Source: Lepidodermella squamata
Taxonomy: Eukaryota > Animalia > Gastrotricha
NCBI GenBank assembly: GCA_047495785.1
Contig: JBLDXI010000009.1
Coordinates: forward strand, 124,001-188,000
DNA: 64,000 nucleotides
Reading direction: 5' to 3'
Below are positions 1 to 12,728 of this stretch, one piece after another; within the stretch, counting starts at the first letter, position 1; each line of letters starts with the position of its first letter. The translations under genes and the position numbers were made by a program. The notes under the pieces were generated by a model. That model was not told where the DNA came from, did not search any database, and worked only from the letters and a program-made list of their open reading frames with translations.

Positions 1-3000
1 ACGAGAAGAATATTAATGGCATCCTCGCTGACGAAATGGGCCTCGGAAAAACCATTCAAACCATCTCACTTCTCGCTCACCTTGCTTGCGCGAAGGGTGT
101 ATGGGGTCCTCATATTATTATTGTGCCCGCATCCGTACTTCTCAACTGGGAAATGGAATTCAAACGCTGGCTACCAGCATTCAAGGTAAGATCACGAAAA
201 CGTGCGATTAACTTTTGCAAAAATTTTATTTTTAAAGGTGCTCACTTATTATGGATCGGTGAAAGATCGCAAGGAAAAACGGCGCGGTTGGACTGATCCG
301 AATGCATTCCATGTTTGTATTACAAGTTATCAGCTGGCAGTTATTGACCAAGGTGTGCTTCGCCGGCGAAGGTGGCACTATATGATTTTGGACGAAGCGC
401 AAAACATCAAGAACTTTCGATCTCGCCGCTGGCAGGCGTTGTTGTCAATGCAAAGCATGCACCGGTTGCTATTGACCGGCACGCCGTTGCAGAACAGCCT
501 CATGGAACTGTGGTCGCTGATGCACTTTTTGATGCCACAGCTGTTTCAGTCAAGTGATGATTTCCGTGACTGGTTCGCCAACCCGCTCGCTTCGATGGTC
601 GAGGGCGATCGCGAGTTCTCGGAGAATCTCATCGTTCGTCTTCACAAAGTTCTTCGGCCGTTCTTGTTGCGGCGTCTTAAAAAAGACGTCGAACGGCAGC
701 TGCCCTCTAAAGAGGAGCACATTGTGCCGTGTCGGCTGTCTCGCCGCCAAAGATTCCTTTATGACGACTTCATGTCCCGAGCCAGCACCCGCGCCGTTCT
801 CCAGGGCGGCCAGTTTGTCTCCGTGCTTGGCGTGCTCGTGCAGTTGCGAAAGGTCTGCAACCACCCTGATCTCTTCGAGCCGCGGCCTGTCAACTCGCCG
901 TTCGTCTTGCCGGACCCGATCGTGTACACATCACCAGCCCTTCTAGCCGACATCCCGGTGAAAAACAACCAGGCTCTGGAGTGGCTTATTGGTGAATATG
1001 TACAACAGCCAACTCTTACCGGTTTTGATTTCGATCGTCGTGCTGAGCTTTGCCCGTCTAAGCGGCTGTTTTATGACACTTATGTCAATCCCGCCACTGA
1101 AGTATCGACAAAACACGACGTGATGACAGCTCTCGTGCAGCGTCGCGTTCGTCTCCAGGCTTTCCGAGCGCTGGCCGGAAACTCGGCCGTGCCGACTGAC
1201 GTCGAAACTCACGGTGCTGATTTAGCGAACGGAAAATCAGTTGGACGGCTGGCCGGTTCTTCGATGTTGAAACCGCCTGGTATTGTTTATCCGTTGAAAT
1301 GGGACAAAGATCAGGCCGGAGTTTCAAACGGCAGCAGTTCAGAATCCAGCAATGGTCAGGCTCAGAAGCCATTCGTTGAGATTTGCCAGAGACTGGAAGT
1401 GTCCGATCCAAACGCCATCGCAATACCTCCCACAGATGTCGTACTGCGTGTTTGCGCGGAGGAGAACGAAACAGCTAGTTTTCTCGCAGTGCTGAATGAG
1501 CAGCGCTGCAGGACCCTGGCATCGCGGCCCCTCTTTGGCCCTGATCTTCTTCGATTAGTATCAACGTCTGAGCACGTCCGACGGTCGTGGCGCGACTCGT
1601 GTGACAGCGTTGAAAATCTGAATTTATGCAGTGACGAAACCGCCTTATCGCCAATTCTACAAACTTTCGCTATTGCCCTGTACCCAGTCGTGGGCAAACG
1701 ACCAGTGTTCTACTCTTCGATTCGAAGCTCGAAACGATTTGCTGAGGATTTGACTCTGGTAAAACCGAGCAATGCGCCGTCGATGAATCGAATGGAGCAT
1801 TTGGTTCATGTTCGGAAGTTGCTCAACTTTCCAGAATTACGGCTCATTCAATACGATTGCGGGAAACTGCAAGCTCTTGCAGAGTTGCTGCGAGCTCTTC
1901 GAACTGACGGCCATCGCGTTCTCGTTTTCACGCAAATGTCTCGCATGTTGGACGTTCTCGAGCAGTTTTTGTCATTCCATGGCTTTGCTTACCTGCGTTT
2001 GGACGGTTCGACGAAGCTGGAAAATCGCCAAGTCCTGGTCGAGCGTTTCAATCAGGATAAGCGCATTTTCTGTTTCATCTTATCGACTCGTGCCGGTGGT
2101 CTTGGCATCAATTTGACCGGCGCTGATACTGTCATTTTTTACGATTCGGATTGGAATCCGACTACAGACGCACAGGCGCAGGATCGCTGCCACCGTATCG
2201 GACAGACGCGGGACGTTCATATTTACCGCCTGGTCTCAGAGCGGACTGTCGAGGAGAATGTTATCAAACGAGCGGCGCAAAAGCGTTTGCTGAATGAACT
2301 TGCGATTGAGGGCGGTGATTTCACGACGGCTCGGTTGAAGGAAAATGCGATTCGCGACATTTTCGGCGCTGATCTATTTGAGGGCACTGCGCCTGAAAGC
2401 GAGAACGCCCAGTCGATCGACATCAAAGAGTTGGAAGAGCCAGATTTGGCCGAAACTGCTCCCGCGCAGCAAATTGTTGCGCTCGAAGAAGCGATGTTGC
2501 AGGCTGAAGGCGCAACCGGCTGTGACGAGGCCGACATCGCTGCGGCGAGACAGGCTCGTCGCGAGCAGATGGCTGAAAATGCTGACAACGACTTCTTCCT
2601 GGAGACTGAACTACCTACTGGTCAGGAGGCGCCAGTCACACCCGCACAGAGTCAGCCGTCGACATCGACCGCTGTCACTCCAGCTGCTGAAATGCCGAAA
2701 GACGAAGTCAGCGTGCTTGAACAACAAGTAATGATCGAATTTTTAGCTCACAATAGTATTTTTAATTCATCGAAATTTCAGCTGCGACCTGTCGAGCGAC
2801 TCGCTCTTGACATTGTTGAGCGGTACATCTCAGCGGCTCAGCAAGTCGAACACGTCCCCGCTTCTGCTAACGGGCAGCAGGGCGAGTCTGACGTTGAGTT
2901 GGACGCGACGTTGCGCAGCGATTTCGAGCTCGAGCGGCTCAAGTCGGTGCAAATTGGCTTGGCAAAGAAGGCGGCTGCGGCATCGAGCAGTGACGAAAGC

Positions 3001-3924
3001 AGCGCGAGCGACATGGACGAGGAAGACCAGGAAGCAGTGGACATTACGCTGACGTACGACCGCAGCGCAGGACAGGTGAACTTGATGCGTAGTAGGCTCC
3101 CAGGTAGGGGTTTAGCTTCGTGGCGCAAGCGTCGCAATGGCCCGTGGGGTGTGGACGGGGAGGGTATTCTAGGTAGGAAGGTTGGCACGAAGCGCAACAT
3201 AATTGCGGCTACAAACGACGCCGACGAGCATAAAGCACCGCGCCGTGGGCCGCCCGGCCGCCCGCCCGGGTTGAGCACGAAGATTGTGCATCTCGAGTCT
3301 GGCCCTAAGCGGGGCAGGGGTCGGCCGCCGAACCCGGAGACGTTGAAGCGGCGGCAACACGAAGCTGCGTTGCGAAAGTACAAGCTGTCAGGCAAATACG
3401 GCGAGTACGCGTCTGCGATGAAGAAAATGCGACGCGAACGCTCTTCCAATATCCGCCGCACCAATCTTCCCGCGAACGGTGAGAAGCGTCGACCGGGTCG
3501 GCCGCGCAAAAACCGCCCTGAGAGGGTGCAGTTCAGAGATGAAGTGTCCGAGAAAGAGTCATCGCCCTCGCCGTCGCCATCGCCGTCTGAAAGCTCACAG
3601 CAGCAGGAAGACGCGTCACGCATGTCGTTTTCAGACAACGAACAGGAAGCTGATTATGGTAATGAGTCACTTTCGGTAAGCGAGGCGTCGAATCAGACCC
3701 CTGCGACGAGCTCTAGCCGGGCGAACCCCGGCGGGCCTTTCTCGCTGACCCCGCAGCGCCGTCTGACCGTGACGTTGCCAAGCGACGGCGACGCGGATGG
3801 CGAAGTCATGACTGGTGGCAAACCGATTCGCGGGTTCGTGGCCCACGTCGACGAAGACGATGACGAGAACGGCGCGGCGGGGCTGACGGCGTCGGTGATG
3901 TCGTTTCCGAACCCGTTTGCATGA
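1..3924 (+). CDS. SRCAP: SWR1-type ATPase domino/SRCAP, short SRCAP/DOM-B-like isoform with C-terminal AT-hooks (5' part outside window)
   Basis: Snf2 motifs [40 protein letters not shown], long insertion, [44 protein letters not shown]. Introns 186-237 and 2728-2781 (54 nt, in-frame). Read-through of the donor at 3076 gives a tail with [26 protein letters not shown], stop at 3922-3924 and AATAAA at 4027-4032. Confidence 0.9.
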
Positions 3925-6900
3925 TGATGCTAGTGTGTGACTGTTTGCTAATTTTATCTATATTTGACCGATTTGCAAGGCGGAATTTGTCTTCTCTATC
4001 ACTATCGTTTCTCAACTTGTTGCCGGAATAAAGCGAGCTTTCAGCCCTGGCCATTTGCGACACGAAGCTAAACGCGGTTGTTTGTTCAAACTAGGCTGGG
4101 TAGCCCATTTATTACATTAATATTACTAATGATTTGGCGACCACTCTTGACTAACTCGCGTTTTGTCGTCCGCAGGCGTGGATCGACGAATGGACGGGCG
4201 ACCTCATGCCGGTATGATTCAACGATGTAGCCATTAACCACCCATTAATTACTACTGGTTGTCTTCTGTGTTCAGATCTGGCTGCCACCGACCCCGCCGT
4301 CAGAACTCAATACCGACGGCGCGCCGCTGCATGACGGCTTCTGTGAGGGATGCATGTGCTGTTGCGACGATTTCGACACTTTGACAACATCTCTGAGCAA
4401 CCCGGCAGTGTTCCTCTACCATGCAGTGCCAATGCTCGACTCCGAGCTACCGCCTGTTCATTTACAGAACCCGGCCGCGCCTGTTCTCAATCGAATCCGG
4501 GCTGCGGTTATCGCCGCTAGTCCTCAGGCCAAGCGGCCGGTCAACGACGAAAATGCTCACGTAAGCTTGATTTGAATTATTGATTTATTGAGATGAATAA
4601 GTCATGGTTGATTTTTGCAGCGCGTTCCGGGCGACAGTGTCAGCGCTCTGTTGAGCGACCAAAACTCGCTGACAGCTATGCCTGGTGACGAAAAGAAACG
4701 AAAATCGCAGTCGAGGAAGCGAACAGGTGCATCTTTGGCGGATGACTGCCCATCAGCACCGCGATCGCCGTTTGAGCGCCCAACTGCTGCTTTGCTCCGA
4801 GTTCGCGATGAAATGCAGCGAAGTCGCCGGCAACAGTCGACTTCGGTTTTGTCGTTGCCGCCGGGTTCCGTCCTTGTTGCCGGAAAAGCGCTTCAACCTG
4901 CTGAGAGCATACCGCTGAGCTTTTCGCTATCCAACGCGATCTCGCGGTTCAGCCCTCTCGGTCACGATTGGCTCATTTCGGTTTGTTTTATCGGTATTTT
5001 TTTAAGACGATTTTTCATGTGTCATTTATAGGAGGAATGGGGAATTCTGGTTGCGCTGTCAAGTTTGATGAACGTACCGACATCGCTGACCCCGGTTCAG
5101 CCGGGTCACGTCGTGAACTGGGATGCGATTGCCGACTTCATTTCTTCCTCTGCCCTTGGTCCCTACCGTGCCGCCAAGATGTGCCGACACCATTTCGACA
5201 GTGCTGTGTTACCTCGAGAAGACGCCCGTCAACAGACTCTCGACCCGCTGGGCGCCATTCTCGTCGGCGGTGACTCATCTGGCCGGCCCACCCCTCCGCC
5301 TGGTTCCGGCAAGAAGCGAGCGGACAAGCGGCGGCAGCAGCAAATGTTGAACGAGCAGCAAATGCTACCGGTTGCCATGAATTCGAACGAGCGCACGGCG
5401 TCGATGCACGCGCAGGACGGCGGCGCCTCGGTAACAGGCTTCCACATGGCCAGGCTCTCGTCGGCTCTGGAAGCTATCACCCGGTTCCGACCGCACAGCC
5501 CACATGTGCCGACTGGCCGGGGCAGTGCGGCTGCCGCTCGCCCGTTCGCCGCCCACTGCCCACTGCTGAACGACATCGACTGGGACAATCCTATGATGCC
5601 AGTGAGTGTGGCCGCGCACCGACAAGCCACGCGGCAAACTCGTCGCCTTCAGCAACACATGCACACGATGCAGCAACAGCAGCACCACACGCCGCATCAG
5701 CTGTACGGCCGTGGGTCGCTCGGACCGGATGGTGGCGTTCAAATGTCGCCGGCCACGGATTCTGCGGGCGGACCGGGCGGAACGCCGCAACACGGCCGTG
5801 CTCTCAGTGACCTCGTCAAATCTCGGTCTACGAATGTTACGATAATGGCGTCGCCGGCTCAGGCAGCTCAGGCGCCGGCGAGCCTGGTCGACTCTTTACT
5901 GATCTCAACACCGCCTTACCCGCAGCAAGTTGCGCCGCAACCGCCCCAGCGTCAGTCTTCCCTCGTCAGTGGCGTGCCATCTCAGCAGCAACAGCAGCAA
6001 GCTCAGCAGATGCAACAGCAGCAGAGGAATATTCAAATTCAAAACCACTCTGCGACGATGAACAGGTCGAATTCGCAGTCGGAAGCGAATGCGAATGCCA
6101 CGTCTGTGACTCGGCTGCTCAGCGTTCAACAGTCACCATCAGTTAGCCAACAGCAGCAACAACAGCAACAGCAGCAAGCTCAACAACAACAACAGCAGCA
6201 ACAAAGCCAGCTGCAACTTCAACAGCAGATGCCGGCGCCTCAACAACAGCAAGCCGTGACGTCAAGAAGCGCCATTTTGTCACCCGCCCCGTCGTCGCAA
6301 GCAGCCGTGTCGAACCAGCCGACAATTTTGACGGCTACCACGGGTGCCGGGGTGCGCCAAACCTCGACGCCCACCGCTCGGCTGCAGCTGACGTCAACTG
6401 GCGCTCCGTTGGGCCGCGTCGCCAGTGCTGGCAACATCGCTGGGCAACAAGGCGGAAACGCGACTGGCCAGCCGTCGCATCAAGTCGCCCAACTGCGCCT
6501 GCAAGTAGCGGCATCGGCAGCCCAGGCGGCGCTGAAGAACGCGACCGGCACTGGACAGGGCGGCAACAACGGTGGCGGCGAAGTGGTGTCTGTGGTTGTG
6601 ACCGGCCCGAGTGGACCGGGTAGTGCCATAAGAGGCGGAACGCCCGTTGAAGCTTTACTTCGCCGATCACCTACCGTGCTGTCGGCAAGTACGACAATAC
6701 GAGCGGTTGGGGCTCGGCATATCGCCCAGCTGCTGCCGTCGGGGGCGACTGGGAGCGGCGGGTTCGTCGCTGTTCAGCAACAGCCGCAACAGTCGATGAA
6801 CCAGCAGTCTCAAATAGTGTCGATTTCCAGCGCCGGCCCTGGCGGCAATGGCTCCGGCCAACCTGCTACTATCGTGCTGAGCACGGCCGGCGGGGCGGGC

Positions 6901-7684
6901 GGTCCCCACGCCTACTCGCAATTTCGATCGTCTCCGCAGCCTCGACCCGGCTTGCGATATGCCGATGCGTCGGGAATTTCCTCAGTGCGACTGGCAGGCG
7001 GCGCTGCAGTCGGCGTGGTTTCATCACCCCTGCGGCAGCAAATCGCGGCTATCCGACCGGCGAATCCGGCCGGGGTTCTGACCGTGGCGACTTGTATGCC
7101 TGCGCCATCGACTCCGAGCGCAACTCCGACGACAGCGGTGACGCCATCGACCACGGCCACCTCGGTGGTCGCCTCGGTTTCGGCTTCTGCGGTGCCGAAC
7201 AACCAGCAGCAAGCGTCTCCGCCGGTACACTTAGTGTCAACGCAACAGCTGCCGGCCTCGAGCGCGCAAGCCACGCAACCTACGACGACTACGGTGATGT
7301 CGCAGCCGTCCGTGGTGGGTTCTCCTCATCCTACTACTATGCCTTGATTGTTTTGTTGACTTCATTTGGCTCATATGTGTACTGTATGTGAAATAGAGTT
7401 CGGCGACGTCGACGCTGTCGAACGCGCTGACCGGCGGGCGGCCGGCTCCGACGCTGACGCTCGGCAACACGACGACGCGGCTGCAGCAGCAACTCGACCC
7501 CGCCAGCGTGGTCGTGTCCGACGGCGACGACGACGACGGCACGGGCGGCGGCACCGAGGACGACTCGGCCGACGGCAGCTCGCCCGCGCAGCCACCGACG
7601 CGCGGCCGCCCGCCGACCCGGCGCTTACAACGCGGGGCTGCCCGGGGCGGCGGCACACGCGGCAAGCAGACCCGCCGCCAGTAA
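1..7684 (+). CDS. EP400: Same locus, long p400/DOM-A-like isoform with SANT-like domain and polyQ tail
   Basis: Phase-0 donor 3076 to acceptor 4175 (branch-like TGACTAAC ~4148-4155). Exons 4176-4211, 4276-4560, 4621-4980, 5032-7314, 7397-7684 splice in frame, giving MP|IWLPPTPP, the p400-type SANT region DWLIS|[38 protein letters not shown]...[14 protein letters not shown], and polyQ tracts. Retaining the last intron stops at 7347. Confidence 0.85.
4027..4032 (+). terminator. Intronic polyadenylation signal for the short domino isoform
   Basis: AATAAA about 100 nt after the stop at 3924 and about 140 nt before the acceptor at 4175; T-rich sequence follows. Confidence 0.65.
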
Positions 7685-7933
7685 TAACTGATTTTTTTCA
7701 TCATTGGCGCTGTTTGTTATTCGCAATACTTGGTCGTCCGTAACATCTTTCGTCCTCGTCGTTATGTTTAGTTTCTCTCTCGACTTCTTATATACCATTT
7801 TTGATGCGCGAGCGTGTATCTTCTTATCGGTGATGCTTATAATAATTAAAGGCTCATGATTTTGACGTTTAACCGACTTTTTTTCTCACCCATGGTGTAA
7901 TTTTTGACGTAGAGAAATTTAACAAACAAAAAT

Positions 7934-8976
7934 ATGGCATCAGAGAGGACGGCTCAAGAAAGTGAAAATGACAAAACCAAAAGTCAGGATGACGGCGATG
8001 CTGATTTGGAAGCTATCCTAGACAGTAAGTAGTCGCAGATATTACAATTACATAGAATGTTATACAGAAAAGAGTTTATTCAAGATCACACTTGAAAAAC
8101 ACTAGCCAAATTGCAGAGCTGAAAGTTTAACATAATAAATCCTAATTTAATTGAAACCAGGTGCATATGAAGACTTGAAGAAGGTAGAGAGTTCGAAAAA
8201 CGACCCGCCGCCGCCTCCACCGCCTAAGGCTGAACCTTCGAAGCAGCAAGCTAAAGCAGCCCCTTCCGCCCAATTCAACGAAAACAACTTGGACGAGTTT
8301 TTATCGACGATGGAAACTGAATTTCGGCGGCTCATGAGCAACCCCGAAGATCCAGCCGCATTGGCTGATATCGAAAAGTTGACCCGGGAGCTTGAGAAAT
8401 CGGCCCGTGAAGATGGCGCAGCAGGTGGTGGCGAGTTGCCGGATTTTGCCAAGCTATTCGGCTCAAACCCAGAAGCCTTTTTGGCGAATATGGCCGCAAC
8501 GGCTGGGGATCCATCAACGGCTAGTAGCGAAGGCCAGGCTGGTGATCCATCAGCTGGCATCATGGGCGCGCTACTCTCGCAACTGCTCAGCCACGACCTG
8601 TTGTACCCTGCGATTGTGCAGTTGCGCGAGCGGTACCCAGCGTGGCTTGAAAGCAATAAATCATCGGCTGACTTCGATCGCTGCTCGCGCCAGTTCGAAG
8701 TCGTCAAGCGATTATGCGTGACTTACGAGCAGCAACAAGCTGCGGGCAAGGAATCGCCGGAAAACATCTCCACTATAATTACACTTGTTCAAGAGGTTTG
8801 CATTGACTCGACCTGAATGTATAAGCTAATTTTTGTTAACACAGCTTCAGGCATGCGGAGACCCGCCACCAGAACTACTCGAGTCAGATTTGCCGATTCT
8901 AGGCGGCACGGCTGAATCATCCGACCAGGCTGCGTCCAATGGCGATTCTGGCGAACAAGAATGCAAAGTGCAATGA
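7934..8976 (+). CDS. PEX19: Peroxisomal biogenesis factor 19
   Basis: Three exons (introns 8025-8160 and ~8796-8844). N-terminal DADLEAILDSAYEDL (PEX3-binding-type helix), LLSHDLLYPAIVQLRERYPAWLESNK, LQACGDPPPEL, C-terminal CaaX box CKVQ-stop. Confidence 0.92.
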
Positions 8977-9442
8977 TATCGCTTGCGACTTGCTTTGTTT
9001 AAATTCTTTCAAATTTTTGTGCACGCCACAGATGCTCCTTAAAAATATTACGGTTATCGAAAAAATAATAAAATGTAACGTTATTTTCACCGGTTGCGGT
9101 TCTTGTTTGCTAGTTATGTGTTCGATTCAATGGAATCGTTGTAGTCACTATGACTGGTGTACTATTCCAGGGTAAACATTGAAGCCTGATAAAAACCAGT
9201 ATGGTCCTTTGTGTTAAATGCTCTAGGCGAAACTTGCGGTACTTGACATGCAGCGGTGAGCGAACAAAAGGACTCAGCCAGACATCACATGCAAATTAGC
9301 GCTGATTTGTATAATGAGTAGATACGCCATACATTGCTAAAATAATGAAAGAATAGGGTTATACCGGTAGATCAAGTTTAATTTCATTTTTGTGATCAAT
9401 TCGACTTCAGTTTATATTAGAATATTTGAACTTGCTCAGTCT

Positions 9443-11948
9443 ATGCATCTTGACGAACTTCTGGAAAAGCTGAACCCTTACGGTTAGATACATGCTCATG
9501 TATGATTGGTTACAAAGTTATCATCCTGAACAATTTCAGGTAGTTATCAGCTCACGACATGGGTTATTTTGGCGATATTCAATTGCTTTCCACCAGCATG
9601 GCATTCCTTCTCGATGTAAGAAGATCCTACTTCAAACGGCTTTCATTTAAACTTTCTTTCATCATAGCGCCTTCATTGGCTACTACCCATCTGGCTTCAC
9701 ATGCTTTATCACCAATGATACCTACTTTAATTCTTCCAACGAGGTAATCTCTTTATCATAACCAACGCCGAAATCATCCCTAGAATTAAAGCCTACTCTG
9801 CCTTTTTTAACCAGCTCAATTACACCGTCTTAACAGCATTGGAAATCATGCCCAATGAAGCTGACAAGCAGCAGTGTTATCGCCCACGCGCGATGTCCGA
9901 CATGGACAAGGGCTATCAATACTATCTGGAAGCAAATAGAACCGGGGATGCGATGATTGTCAAAGAGCAGTGCCCATTCGGTACCATGGTTTACGCAGAT
10001 AGCGACCCAATCACATCTTCAATAGTAACAGAGGTCTGCAAAAATGTTGCGAATGGTGAAATTTAATAACGCTTTTCCGACTCAAAGTTTAATCTAGTCT
10101 GCGATCGCGAAATAATTTTTGTGTTGGTAAGTGCTGTCGAAGGGGCTGGAGGTAAAACTGTTTGAACCTGTTTTGGCGATATCAACAAAATGTGATATAG
10201 AAATCATCGGCTGCGTAATTTTCGGCTGGCTTTCCGATTACATGGGTCGCAAATTGGCATACTTCATTGCAGCAGGTACGCTTTTCCTCGGTGGAATGGG
10301 CTGTACGCTGTCGGTACATTGGTCCCTACTCGGACTCTGCCGCTTGATCAGCGGCGCTGGCCTTATCGGCATGAACAATGTTGGGTTCATCTTCGCGTCA
10401 GAAATGTTCCCACCCAAGCAGCGTACCATTCTCGCAACGTTACACGAACTTGTTTGGGGAATGTAAGTTAAGTGCATGAACGTATAATTATTTAACTGAA
10501 AACGTCCTTATTTTTTCAGAGCCGTCGTCTCGTTAGCAGGAATAGGATATTTCGTGCGTGACTGGCGAAACTTGAGCCTGACGTTAACAATTCCGATCAT
10601 TGGCCTTGTCCCGTTCTGGGGGTAGGTATCGGCCATTTCTCTGATTTTTCTTGTTTTAGTCTTCCCAACTCGAGAATATACTGATCTCAGACTTGTTCCT
10701 AGGTTGATCCAGGAATCGCTTCACTGGCTGTTGTGTAACGAAGCGGCTCCGGTTAGGCGCCGTCGTCGTCGCTCCGGAAACGCGCCGGCTGGTGACAACC
10801 TCGACGAGGCGTGCCGAATCGTTAAATGGGTAGCTAACTACAACCAGGTGACCGTGACCGAGGCTGATGTAGCTTCGACTTTGTTTCACAATTCGGCTCG
10901 CTCGGGTGTCCGGCCGAACACTCCCACTGGCCATAATCGAAGTAACGGCCAAAACCAGCAGACAGGAATTCGACACTGGCCTGTATACCGGCTAGTTGCG
11001 ACACCGCGCATGCGCTACATTTCGATATCAGTGACGTTACTTTGGTTTGCTAACAGCTTGGCCTATTACGGCTTGCAGTATTCGGCGCAATTACTACGCG
11101 CCGATTTTTACATGTCTTACTTCGCACTGGCCGTCGTTGAGCTGCCGTCAACTTTCGTCGTTCTACTTGTCATGCCTAAGCAAGTCTTGAAATATTATGA
11201 TCATCTGAACTGCTGGTTAACTCATCTCATTTTAAAAAAAAGGATCGGCAGAAAATGGACAATATTCGGATTCCACGTTCTTGCCGGCGTTTGCTGTGCA
11301 GTGGTTCCTTTCATCCCCAGTAATTATTAGGCGATTTTAGGCTTCATCTCACTTTAGTGAATTTTCAGTTGAATATTCCGACATTTCCGTGGCGACAGCT
11401 ATATTGGGAAAATTTGCAGTCTGCTCTTCGTTTACAGGTAAGTTTCGCAGGTGAGATCATACCAGCGGGTTCTATAAACTTCTTCATTCCGCAGCGATGT
11501 ACGTTTTTGCAGTTGAGCTATTTCCTACCGAAATAAGGTTTGATATTACGCTACAAATATCCAATTTCATAGATAATTTTCTACAAAACAGAGGATTCGG
11601 CTTTGGATTCTGCTCGCTACTTGGCCGCATCGGCCTTGTGGTGGCACCGTTCGTCAACTGGCTCGGCGTTGGTGGTGATGAGACAGCGTCTATTGTTAGA
11701 ATGATGCTTTACGGTTTGGTTTTAATTTTGACGGCTGTAACTATATTTTGGCTTCCCGAAACAAACAACTGCCCCTTGGCTGACACTATAGAGGTTATTT
11801 CAAACTTTTTCTCTATCAACTCGGATGAGTCCAAATTGTTTATACTTGACAGCAAACGGAGAATTTTGACGATTACTGCGCCGCCTCGAGAGCAAGAGGT
11901 GTCGTCTCCTTATTATCGACAGTTCACGACGAAACAAACAGACTCTAA
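9443..11948 (+). CDS. SLC22-like organic ion transporter (MFS), paralog 1
   Basis: MHLDELLEKLNPYG, EFNLVCDR, GWLSDYMGRK, SEMFP, ESLHWL, NSLAYYGL, VELFPTEIRG, LPETNNCPLADTIE; multi-exon with short introns. Confidence 0.88.
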
Positions 11949-12728
11949 AGAAATGAACTGATTACTTTTTAAAATTTGACAATTTTCCAGCTTGAAGTAA
12001 AGTCAACTCAAAAGCAGGTTAAAAAATGGTCATAACTATGCCTTACGTTGAGATTAGACATAAACTGGGGTAAACAGGAAACAGAGAATTTTACTCTCAG
12101 TTTGTTTTGCGATTCTTGGTTTAGCCTTATCTGCCGCTCCCATACGCTGACCTGGATTGATGTCAGGCGGCGTCAGTTTACTTATATGAAAGTGTGATGA
12201 AAATATGTCGATGGTATGGAATTTGAATGAAAAAATCAAATTATTCGAAAGACACCTGTGTAGCATAGCACAGTATCTAAAGCTGAAAAAAGATAAAATC
12301 AGCATATCGCATATTTCGAATGTTCAATGTCCCAAAATATTACGGGTGGACAGTGTCAAATGCAACCGTTGAATAATAGTTGCTGTCTATATGTTTATCT
12401 CGCGCTCTCATGTGGCGGGTGCGATAAACACATGAGAGACTAGGTACCTATCTAACGGTGTTACTAGAATCCTTAACTCACATCAAAACAGCTCTCCGCT
12501 TTGAAGATAATGGCGGTCAGATGATAAGACCGGTAGACGGTAAGAGAGGACAGCTCTCGTAATATTGCGTACTTTCCCGTCTCGAAACCAGCTTGTTGTC
12601 AATTATCCAACCAGGGACTTTGAACCTGATTATATCGAAATAGAGACGGCGATTTGAGCTGGGTGTTAGAATCCGGCTCTTCTGCGTATAGATTATCCCT
12701 TTCAAACTAATGATCTGCGCGTATCAAC

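Noticed and set aside
2838-3638. 266-aa antisense ORF in domino
   Set aside because: Shadow of GC-rich coding sequence on the opposite strand; no domain.
5065-7347. 760-aa polyQ ORF as an independent gene
   Set aside because: It splices in frame to the upstream domino exons, and its SANT region begins in the preceding exon.
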